A stretch of 56,690 bases of DNA. It comes from Candidatus Thalassarchaeum sp. GTDB lineage: Archaea > Thermoplasmatota > Poseidoniia > Poseidoniales > Thalassarchaeaceae. Position 1 is the first letter of the stretch, and each line of letters opens with the position of its first letter. Location: positions 1-56,690 of the forward strand of contig JASMMD010000003.1 of the NCBI GenBank assembly GCA_030748335.1, in the 5' to 3' direction. This document shows positions 28,690 to 36,149 of the stretch, piece after piece. The notes beneath the pieces were generated by a model, which saw nothing but the letters and a program-made list of their open reading frames with translations, ran no database searches and was not told the origin of the DNA. The position numbers and the translations under genes were made by a program.

Positions 28690-29423
28690 CAGGCAACACC
28701 TCCAGAATACCACATATCGAAGTCATCCTTCTCCATCACTTCTAACACACCTATCATGATGGTGTGTTCGTCACCACATAATTCGAAACACCTGACTGGG
28801 TATGTTCCAGTCTCCTCAGCCTGAATCCAACCGGTGTTCACACGCCCCGGTATCGCATCCACCTTGATTCGGTGTTCGGGCAGGGCATAGGAGTGGAAGA
28901 CGTCACCACTCGTCACCTCGAAGACGACGGGCACATCCACCGGCACACGCAAAGGCTCTCCTGATGCGCTGGTGTAGGATATTCCATTGGGATACTGGTA
29001 GTCCCAGTAGTACTGATATCCCGTGATTTCGACAGTGAACGAGTCATCGGTAGTGTGCTCTTCGTGCTTCTCAAAGAAATCGATGGAATCGAATGTGACG
29101 TCGGAGAGCACTAATAGGAACAGGGCGATGACAATAGTAATGCCCCACGCGACCCTATTGTCTCCCCTCTCTTCCGGTCTCTGACCGATTCTCATGTCAT
29201 CACCCGATCCGTCAGATTCGGTTGTCAGCAGCCACAGGAAGTAGATGTACACCCCCATGCCTATCACAGTGCCTAGGCCCCAGTAAAGAGTGAACAACTC
29301 GTCATACACCTCAGCATGGGCACCCGTGCCCCCAAGTCCCTGAAACCAGTTGAAGATGGAAGCGAAGGTCAGTGCTAGGATGACGATGCTGGCGGAAATA
29401 ATGCCAAATGTTCTCCTATCCAT
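28689..29423 (-). CDS. coxB: Heme-copper oxidase subunit II (CuA), no cytochrome c domain
   Basis: Two N-terminal TMs. CuA ligands in FHSYALPE...CFELCGDEHTIM. The start at 29423 overlaps the coxC stop (TGATG). Confidence 0.9.
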   Translation of the reverse strand: MDRRTFGIISASIVILALTFASIFNWFQGLGGTGAHAEVYDELFTLYWGLGTVIGMGVYIYFLWLLTTESDGSGDDMRIGQRPEERGDNRVAWGITIVIALFLLVLSDVTFDSIDFFEKHEEHTTDDSFTVEITGYQYYWDYQYPNGISYTSASGEPLRVPVDVPVVFEVTSGDVFHSYALPEHRIKVDAIPGRVNTGWIQAEETGTYPVRCFELCGDEHTIMIGVLEVMEKDDFDMWYSGGVA

Positions 29424-30229
29424 CAAATCACCTCCAGATAGACGACGAGGAAGAGGACGATCCAAACGGCATCGACGAAGTGCCAGTACATCGTGACAGC
29501 GCGGTAACCGTCGTGCCTGTCTGTAGACATGTGCCCGTTACGCATCAGCACTGCTACCACGATGAACACCAGCAGCCCGACCAGGACGTGCAGTCCATGC
29601 AGCCCTGTCAGTGAGAAGAAGGCGGTGCCGTAGGGATGATCGCCCCACAGGAACCCGGCATTGGAGTACTCGTACATCTGGATTGCCAAGAAGGCCAAGC
29701 CCAATGCTATAGCCGCATAGAGCGACTTGCCCGCCTCTTGCAGACGCCCTTCGCTGTGAAAACCGGCTGAGTAGTGCGCGAGCACGCCCGAGGATAGCAG
29801 CAGGACGGTGTTCAGGCCGACCAGAGCTATGTCGTGCTCCACCCCGGTCGCTGGCCATGAGCCCCCCACCGCATTTTCCCAACTCAATGTGTGCCAGCGG
29901 GCCCAGAACCAGTACGCGAAGAACGAGGCGAATATTATGCACTCGGTTATGATAATCCACACCATCGCCCATGAGGCGTCCCCCCAATCCCCTGCCGAGG
30001 ACCGAGTGGGTCGGTAAGGCCAGAGGTCGACTTCTTCTCTCATCCAGTTAGATATCGAGAGCACGAGGAGTGGTATCCCGAGGACAGCGAGGGGCCATAT
30101 CAGCAGTCCACCGAGACACAGCGTCACGGAGAGAGCGAGCATGATTGGAGCGAGACTGGAATGAACTTCTCCCTCTCCGTCTTTCTCAACATACTCAGAC
30201 ACAATGTTCTCTACTTCACTAGCGGACAT
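29423..30229 (-). CDS. coxC: Heme-copper oxidase subunit III
   Basis: Motifs FFSLTGLHGLHVLVGLL and MYWHFVDAVWIVLFLVVY; polytopic. GGTGAGG Shine-Dalgarno-like sequence just upstream of the ATG. Confidence 0.88.
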   Translation of the reverse strand: MSASEVENIVSEYVEKDGEGEVHSSLAPIMLALSVTLCLGGLLIWPLAVLGIPLLVLSISNWMREEVDLWPYRPTRSSAGDWGDASWAMVWIIITECIIFASFFAYWFWARWHTLSWENAVGGSWPATGVEHDIALVGLNTVLLLSSGVLAHYSAGFHSEGRLQEAGKSLYAAIALGLAFLAIQMYEYSNAGFLWGDHPYGTAFFSLTGLHGLHVLVGLLVFIVVAVLMRNGHMSTDRHDGYRAVTMYWHFVDAVWIVLFLVVYLEVI

Positions 30230-30282
30230 GACCTCACCGCTTGTGGCCTAGATACACGGAGCATTACTGAGTCGCCTTACAA

Positions 30283-30318
30283 GTTCGGTGATGCCATTAA
30301 CACCGAACCGGTTCGGTG
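30283..30318. promoter_or_regulatory. Candidate operator upstream of coxC (and of the divergent 30353 gene): perfect 18-bp palindrome CACCGAACCGGTTCGGTG (30301-30318) plus an extra GTTCGGTG copy (30283-30290)
   Basis: Read directly. The core is CGAA-CCGG-TTCG, located 54-90 nt upstream of the coxC ATG. Confidence 0.45.
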
Positions 30319-30352
30319 AGAATAGCAACTCCTTCCTCCCTATCCGCGACCC

Positions 30353-30970
30353 GTGGAGGAACCATCAGGCCAGGAAACGCCCCGCCGACTCCTAATCTTT
30401 CCAGTGCTCTTGGCATTGCTTCTGGCGGTCTCGCCGATTCTTCTGTTCGGAGACGATGCGGACAGCGGGGCGGTCTTGAGAGAGGATCTATCCGAGGCGC
30501 AGTTAGAGACTCTAGCGGGACTCGACTTCGCGAGGACGCCTGCAGATGTGAGGGGAGGTATGACCGCATTGAACCAGGCTTTCCTTCTGGATTCTGGCTC
30601 ACTGATTGTGGCGGGGACGTGGGAAGGTTCACTGGAGCTTGGAAATTGGTCCGATGAGTCCGTTGGCGGTAGGGATCTCTTCGTAGCTGAGTTGACTGCT
30701 GATGGAGATTGGTCCTCAGCCCATTTCGCTGGCTCTTCAGGCGAGGATTCTATCGCGTTACTCTCGATATCAGGAGATAGACTGTCCGTATGGGGTCGGG
30801 TGAACGGCGAAGCACGATTCGCCTCTGAGATTCTTGACCATCACACTGGATGGTCGCCGACAGCCTTCGAGGCACATCTCTACATTGACGAGGGTTGGCA
30901 GAGAGTCTGGCAGATAGACGATGAACTGCTGCCCGTTTCCTCAACCAGCCTGTGGTGCGGCTTCGCGTGA
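30353..30970 (+). CDS. Hypothetical exported protein
   Basis: GTG start, signal/TM (LLIFPVLLALLLAVSPILLF), then an acidic beta-rich region (..LFVAELTADGDW..). No family recognised. Confidence 0.45.
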   Translation: MEEPSGQETPRRLLIFPVLLALLLAVSPILLFGDDADSGAVLREDLSEAQLETLAGLDFARTPADVRGGMTALNQAFLLDSGSLIVAGTWEGSLELGNWSDESVGGRDLFVAELTADGDWSSAHFAGSSGEDSIALLSISGDRLSVWGRVNGEARFASEILDHHTGWSPTAFEAHLYIDEGWQRVWQIDDELLPVSSTSLWCGFA

Positions 30971-30971
30971 T

Positions 30972-31415
30972 TCACATCTGCTCGAAAATCTGTTGCATCC
31001 CAACTATCAGATTCATAGTCTCCTCGAGACAACCCGTCTGAGTCACCCGGCCAATGATTTCGCCGTCCGCGTTTACCACGTATAGCCGACGAATCTCCTC
31101 CATCAACAGCATTTTCAGGACCGAACCTACGGGCAGATCCTCTTCGATAGTCACTAGGGGGTAACTCATGATGTCACTCAATTCCATCTCAGAAGGGTCT
31201 TCACCCGGACGGAAGCATTTTCTGAGCAAGTCTCTCTCTGTCACAACTCCTTCAGGCTGCCCCCTACGGGTCACAATGACAGACCAGACTCCAGCATTAT
31301 GCATGGATTCCATCGCCTCGGTGACTTTCGTACGTTCACTCAGGCAAACCACGTTATTGTCAATCATCTTGCTCATGCTGAATTCGAAATTCATCATCCA
31401 TCCCTTATCATTCAA
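30972..31415 (-). CDS. CBS-domain pair protein
   Basis: Two CBS repeats (VVCLSERTKVTEAMESMHNAGVWSVIVT..GVVTERDLL and PLVTIEEDLPVGSVLKMLLMEEIRRLYVVNADGEIIGRVT). Confidence 0.8.
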   Translation of the reverse strand: MNDKGWMMNFEFSMSKMIDNNVVCLSERTKVTEAMESMHNAGVWSVIVTRRGQPEGVVTERDLLRKCFRPGEDPSEMELSDIMSYPLVTIEEDLPVGSVLKMLLMEEIRRLYVVNADGEIIGRVTQTGCLEETMNLIVGMQQIFEQM

Positions 31416-31445
31416 TTTCCTGCACTACAGAATAGGTTCCCGGCT

Positions 31446-32879
31446 TTACTCGCCGTTTTCGTCATAGACAGTCGTGTCTTCAGCACCAGTGACTTCGATG
31501 ATTCCGATAGCTCCCTTGTGGAAAGCACGGGTCAAAGCGTGGTCAACTAGGATGTAGTTTGCTGGTACTTCGAATGATAGGTCGACAACAACTGCTCCAC
31601 CAGGTGGTACGAGTACAGTTTGTACACTCACCATAGGATCATCACCTACGGCTCCATAATTCCAAACAGTGTCAAAGATTTCTCCGATGACGTGGAAGGA
31701 TGAGATTGTGTTAGGCCCCCCAACTCCGAAGTAAATTCGCATGGTTTCACCAACGTTTGCCTTGATGGTGTTCTCTCCGGTGAATCCGTGGAACTTGCCG
31801 TTGAAGACAACATATGTTGGGTTTTCATCGAACATTGCAACATCGTCGAACTCTTGGTGACCATCCGTTCCAGGCTTCCACTTTGTGTAAATGTCGCCTT
31901 GCATGATGTAAATCTCTTTGTCAACTGTCGGGAGAGGAGTCTCCGGCTCGATGAGAATCATTCCATACATTCCCTTGCTGATGTGAGTTGGCACGTCAGG
32001 TGTGGCACAGTGGTAGACGAATAGTCCAGCGTGTTGTGCAAGGAAGGAGAAGGAAGTAGTCTCTCCAGGTGCGGTTCCGGTAGCTGCTGCCCCGCCTCCT
32101 TGCCCAGTAACTGCGTGAAAGTCGACGTTGTGGTTCATTGTGCTCTCAGCGTTATTGCTGAAGTGAACGACCACAGTGTCCCCAACACGTGCTCGGAACA
32201 TTGGACCAGGAACTGTACCATTATATGTCCAGTAGGCGAAAGTTGTACCATCTTCAATCTCTGCAGTCACTTCGACAGCTTCCATGTAAATATGAACAGT
32301 TTCAGCTATATCACGGTCGATCGGTGCTGGCATCAAGAAAGGATTGCGGGAAATATCGTCAGTATCTACAGCGAGTGCAGCACCAATTTCCTCAACAATT
32401 GCTCCGGTGTTACCACCTTCGCCGACAATGAATGCGCCTTCCATGCCGCCGGAACGGTGGCCTGGAATTGTACAGTAGTAAGCGAATGTCCCTTCATCGT
32501 CTGCGATGAAAGTAAAGGAATCTTGGCTTCCTTCAGCATTCAATTGCTCAGTAGCGATGTTGTATCCTTCGATTTCAATATCGTGGATATTGATTTCTCC
32601 CATGGTTAGTGTTATGGTGACTTGGTCACCAACATCAACAGCAAGATCAGGATTTACTAATCCGTCAATATCGCCACCGACACCAATAAATTGCATCATT
32701 TCGGCACGCAGTGTGTAGGAAACTTCGTCGAATGTAACAACTGGTACACACTCATCTCCAACTAGTCCTGTGCCATCACCGCACACAATATCAGGGCCTC
32801 CTCCAACACACCCCGCAATCGAAGTAACTATCAACAGCAATGCCAAGGAAGTCGCTCCAGTTTTCTTCATTCCATTCAT
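31446..32879 (-). CDS. nirK: Copper-containing nitrite reductase NirK with an N-terminal fused cupredoxin domain; lipobox-like signal
   Basis: LLLIVTSIAGC lipobox-like signal. Extra type-1 Cu domain (NIHDIEI..YYCTIPGHRSGGM). NirK core: HNVDFHAVTG, VYHCATPDVPTHISKGMYGMILIEP, SFHVIGEIFD, LVDHALTRAFHKGAIG. Start set to MNGMKK (ATG at 32879); the ORF track TTG is at 32930. Confidence 0.8.
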   Translation of the reverse strand: MNGMKKTGATSLALLLIVTSIAGCVGGGPDIVCGDGTGLVGDECVPVVTFDEVSYTLRAEMMQFIGVGGDIDGLVNPDLAVDVGDQVTITLTMGEINIHDIEIEGYNIATEQLNAEGSQDSFTFIADDEGTFAYYCTIPGHRSGGMEGAFIVGEGGNTGAIVEEIGAALAVDTDDISRNPFLMPAPIDRDIAETVHIYMEAVEVTAEIEDGTTFAYWTYNGTVPGPMFRARVGDTVVVHFSNNAESTMNHNVDFHAVTGQGGGAAATGTAPGETTSFSFLAQHAGLFVYHCATPDVPTHISKGMYGMILIEPETPLPTVDKEIYIMQGDIYTKWKPGTDGHQEFDDVAMFDENPTYVVFNGKFHGFTGENTIKANVGETMRIYFGVGGPNTISSFHVIGEIFDTVWNYGAVGDDPMVSVQTVLVPPGGAVVVDLSFEVPANYILVDHALTRAFHKGAIGIIEVTGAEDTTVYDENGE

Positions 32880-32967
32880 TTTCACTATCTTATTTTTCAA
32901 GGTCTTCTCCTCCGCGGGTTTTGCCCACAATGGGTAGGGGAATGAAACCTAACTTACAACATAGTCA

Positions 32968-33026
32968 CGAACATGGGAGGTGTTTGAAATCACACCTAGT
33001 GCCTGTTCGGAGATGTTCGGAACAGG
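32968..33026. promoter_or_regulatory. Candidate operator cluster upstream of nirK: CGAACATGGGAGGT (32968-32981), hairpin AGGTGT-N8-ACACCT (32978-32997), and inverted repeat CCTGTTC-N11-GAACAGG (33002-33026) containing a tandem GTTCGGA x2
   Basis: Read directly. CGAACATGGG(A/T)GGT is shared with 26448-26461, and CCGAACAT (complement of 33013-33020) is shared with the 26486 palindrome. Confidence 0.4.
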
Positions 33027-33056
33027 AGTTAGGGCAGACTCCGGAATTCCAATCCT

Positions 33057-33491
33057 GTGGCATTTGATTTACACACCTTGAGATTGGCAGGCGGAGAGGC
33101 AGCTGCACAGTGGGCAATGGAGCAGGAGAACTGGGTTATCATCGGTATCGACCACGAGGAGGACCACCTTAGTCTGAGATTAGTCAGAGAGTTGCAGAAA
33201 CTCGGTAAATCGGTACATCTGGTTTGTCCTAGATGTGCTAGGGATGGAATCAAGCTGCTCGGTCTGCCAGTTTACGAGTTCATCGAGGACATAGACGAGC
33301 AGGTGGATGTCATCAGCCTGCATGGAGACGTGGATCAGTGGACATTAGCCCCTCATATCTCACAGAGAATGCAGTGGTACGGAGACATCAAGGTGATTTG
33401 GCCTCCCGAGAATTTAGTCGACGATAGGTGGGTGTCCGAGATGTACGATTACGGAATTGCAGTTGCCTACAACTGTCGGCTGCCCATATAG
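33057..33491 (+). CDS. CoA-binding-domain protein (YccU/COG1832-like)
   Basis: NWVIIGIDHEEDHLSLRLVRELQKLGKSVHLV..GLPVYEFIEDIDEQVDVISL fits the small Rossmann-like CoA-binding fold pattern. An alternative ATG start lies at 33117. Confidence 0.45.
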   Translation: MAFDLHTLRLAGGEAAAQWAMEQENWVIIGIDHEEDHLSLRLVRELQKLGKSVHLVCPRCARDGIKLLGLPVYEFIEDIDEQVDVISLHGDVDQWTLAPHISQRMQWYGDIKVIWPPENLVDDRWVSEMYDYGIAVAYNCRLPI

Positions 33492-33507
33492 AGGCCGATT
33501 CGGATTC

Positions 33508-34398
33508 TCAATTCCCATCGAACTCTGGTACTTCTCGCTTGACGTAGGCGGCTATGCCCTTCTTGGCATCACCGCTTTGGAAGAGGTCTGACTGCAACTC
33601 CCTCTCGAGAGCGAGATGGTACTCAAGAGGTATTTCCATGCCGCTCTGGACACTGCGCTTGATGTTCCCAATTGCCTTGCTGGCAGCATAGGGTAGGGTG
33701 AACTGGCCAGCGTAGTCTAGGATGTCCTGGCGAAACTCGTCGAGGCTACCGGCCCAGACGTCATGAACTAGATCCATTTCCTTAGCTTCCTCATACGAGA
33801 ACTTACGTCCAGTGACCATAATCTCCATTGCCTTCGCTTTACCGACCAGACGAGACAGTCTGGCGGTTCCGCCGGTACCCGCGAGGACGCCTAGGGAGAC
33901 CTCGGGCAGACCGACCTGTCCAGAGTCCTTGCGACCGATTCGAATGTCGGCCGCCATGGCAATTTCGAGGCCGCCTCCGACGGCGTGACCGTTGAGGGCG
34001 GCGATAACGAGCTTGGGGGTCTGCTCAAGCCTGCTCAGGGTCTCGTTGGCGTGAAGGCAGAAGAAATACTTGAATCCAGGACTGACAGAATCAAGCATAC
34101 TGATGCTGGCTCCTGCTGAGAAGAACTTCTCGCCGTGCCCTGTCAGCATGATTACCGTCACATCATCGTCGAAGCGAGCCTTCAGTACGGCCTCGTCGAT
34201 GTCCCGCATCATCGCGTGGGTGTAGGTGTTCACCGGGGTCTTTCCCTCGGTCAATGGGTCACCGGCCGAATCTGAGCACAGCTCGATGACGGCTATTCCG
34301 TTGTCCGTCACGCCGTAGTTCACGAGGTTGTTCGGCATTGGCTGCATATCTGGCCAAGAGGTCATGCCTGCGCCAATGAGGGACTCCATATCAACCAA
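33508..34398 (-). CDS. Enoyl-CoA hydratase/isomerase family protein
   Basis: Motifs FFSAGASISML, LNGHAVGGGLEIAMAADIRIG, GLPEVSLGVLAGTGGTARL. Confidence 0.8.
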   Translation of the reverse strand: MVDMESLIGAGMTSWPDMQPMPNNLVNYGVTDNGIAVIELCSDSAGDPLTEGKTPVNTYTHAMMRDIDEAVLKARFDDDVTVIMLTGHGEKFFSAGASISMLDSVSPGFKYFFCLHANETLSRLEQTPKLVIAALNGHAVGGGLEIAMAADIRIGRKDSGQVGLPEVSLGVLAGTGGTARLSRLVGKAKAMEIMVTGRKFSYEEAKEMDLVHDVWAGSLDEFRQDILDYAGQFTLPYAASKAIGNIKRSVQSGMEIPLEYHLALERELQSDLFQSGDAKKGIAAYVKREVPEFDGN

Positions 34399-34419
34399 AC
34401 GGAGCAGGAAGGACGCCTT

Positions 34420-35646
34420 TCAGGCGTCGCTCTCACCGAACGAGGTCCTGCCCCCTCCTCTGCGAATCACATCCCACTCGTCGCCTATCTCCTCGGCCCT
34501 CGGGCTTGGTTCCCAGACATCGCGAGCAAGCGACTTCCTGAACGGCATGCGACTGACCACCCTGCCGTCGGCGAGCTGCTTTCTACGGAGCATCCCGAGT
34601 CTGACCACCGGCCACAGGAGCCGGCGCATCAGGCCGGGCTTATACAGCCAGCGCATGAAGGCGAGCCCGTCTCCCTTCCTGCGTTGGTCTCTCATCCAGT
34701 GGTTGGCAACCATCTTGAATCCGCGATTCCCTACCCTGTTCATCAGGAATCGGTTGATGGCACTGGCTCTAACCAATGGCACCAGACCCTTGCGGACCTC
34801 GGTCTCGTAGTTGCACTCGCCTAGCACCGCTTTGGCGGCGAGTACACCGCTGGTGACGGCGTACCGCATTCCAAAACCCCACATGAAGTCCTGCAGTCCT
34901 CCCGCCTCGCCCACGTAATAGCGACCCTCGTGGATGTACTTGTCAGGCATCGAGAAGTCTCCCTTACCTCCGACCCTCTTTATCGGCTTGCGATTCAACT
35001 CGTAGTGCTGCTCGTACCACGCGATGGTCTCGTTGAGGTAGCGCGAGGTCCTCTTCTGTTGGCGCCATAGGCAGGTGCAAATCAGGCCTATGCCGTCAAT
35101 CACGATGAGGTAGGAATACGCTCCCGGAGCGAGTTTGTCATTCAGTTGGAAGGTGACGTGATTGGGGTGGTCGGTGTGGAATATCTCCCCGAAGGCCACC
35201 GCACTGGACTCCTTAGGACCGGCGGCTACTATGTGACAGTCCTCGGGACTCCTACGCGTGTCGTAGTGGATTTGCGCTCCAGCCTCCAGTGCCATTCGCT
35301 TGAAGCCCTGGTCGATGCAGTGTTCGGCAGTTCCACGCTCCACGACTCGGAAAGCTACACTCGAGGTTCGCGGTTGAGTTACCTCGTCGTCAGGGTGGAC
35401 TAGATCGATGACATCAAACGCGTCGGATTTGAACTGCTCAGGGTCGAAGCCCCAGCCACGCATCTCGTCAAAGAAGTCGGAGCCGCTGGTCCAGTTCTCA
35501 ATGCCTTGGAAGTCTCCGTCGAAGCGAGCACCGCTGTCCGAGCGGATTTCGTGGACGTGGACCTCTCGCCCAGCCTTCGCAAGGTAGGCTGCCGCGGCGA
35601 GGCCCGACAGGCCCGCTCCGAGGACGTGGATTGGCTCACTGCTCAC
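34420..35646 (-). CDS. FAD-dependent oxidoreductase, geranylgeranyl-reductase/FixC-like (COG0644-like)
   Basis: IHVLGAGLSGLAAAAYLAKAGREVHVHE dinucleotide fold, and YVGEAGGLQDFMWGFGMRYAVTSGVLAA near the C-terminal third. Basic C-terminal extension. Confidence 0.55.
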   Translation of the reverse strand: MSSEPIHVLGAGLSGLAAAAYLAKAGREVHVHEIRSDSGARFDGDFQGIENWTSGSDFFDEMRGWGFDPEQFKSDAFDVIDLVHPDDEVTQPRTSSVAFRVVERGTAEHCIDQGFKRMALEAGAQIHYDTRRSPEDCHIVAAGPKESSAVAFGEIFHTDHPNHVTFQLNDKLAPGAYSYLIVIDGIGLICTCLWRQQKRTSRYLNETIAWYEQHYELNRKPIKRVGGKGDFSMPDKYIHEGRYYVGEAGGLQDFMWGFGMRYAVTSGVLAAKAVLGECNYETEVRKGLVPLVRASAINRFLMNRVGNRGFKMVANHWMRDQRRKGDGLAFMRWLYKPGLMRRLLWPVVRLGMLRRKQLADGRVVSRMPFRKSLARDVWEPSPRAEEIGDEWDVIRRGGGRTSFGESDA

Positions 35647-35668
35647 ATCTCCGCGACTTCAGCCCCCT

Positions 35669-35706
35669 CGCTTGAACGGTTGGGTCGAGTCCGTCGCGTT
35701 CAAGCG
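35669..35706. repeat. Perfect 10-bp inverted repeat CGCTTGAACG-N18-CGTTCAAGCG in the divergent oxidoreductase/moaE intergenic region
   Basis: Read directly. Function unknown (operator or RNA hairpin). Confidence 0.35.
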
Positions 35707-35726
35707 CAGCACCCGGATGGCACTGC

Positions 35727-36149
35727 ATGACGCGAGCACGGGCACTCATCGAGCCAGAGCGTCTGGACCCTGAGGCACTCCGCGAGATGCTGGATTCAGA
35801 GGGCTGCGGGAGCGTGGTCAGCTTCGTTGGTCTGACGCGAGGTGAGGAAGGAGGGACGAAGGTCGAGCGACTCGAGTTCGATGCATGGGAGGAAAGACTA
35901 CCCGGAGTGCTGAATGAGCTCGCAGAGCGGGCCATCGAGCTATTCGGCGTACTCTCAGTGGTGATGGCCCACCGCACCGGCTCGGTCGGCCCGGGCGAGC
36001 CCATCGTGTGCATCCACGTCGCCTCGCCTCATAGGGCCGAGGGCTTCGAGGCCTGCAGCTGGCTGATTGACGAACTGAAGCGGCAGGCCCCGCTATGGAA
36101 GAAGGAGATCAGAGCCGACGGCGAGGTCTGGAAGGCCGGCCTCGGATGA
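35727..36149 (+). CDS. moaE: Molybdopterin synthase catalytic subunit MoaE
   Basis: Motifs GSVVSFVGLTR, VMAHRTGSVGPGEPIVCIHVASPHRAEGFEACSWLIDELKRQAPLWKKE. Confidence 0.85.
   Translation: MTRARALIEPERLDPEALREMLDSEGCGSVVSFVGLTRGEEGGTKVERLEFDAWEERLPGVLNELAERAIELFGVLSVVMAHRTGSVGPGEPIVCIHVASPHRAEGFEACSWLIDELKRQAPLWKKEIRADGEVWKAGLG

Noticed and set aside
26524-28713. CxCH in the CoxA N-terminal domain (and its paralog) as a c-type heme attachment site
   Set aside because: Canonical covalent heme sites are CxxCH, rarely with longer spacers. A single-residue spacer is not an established heme c motif, so I do not call these cytochromes c. The conserved Cys/His may still bind a metal.
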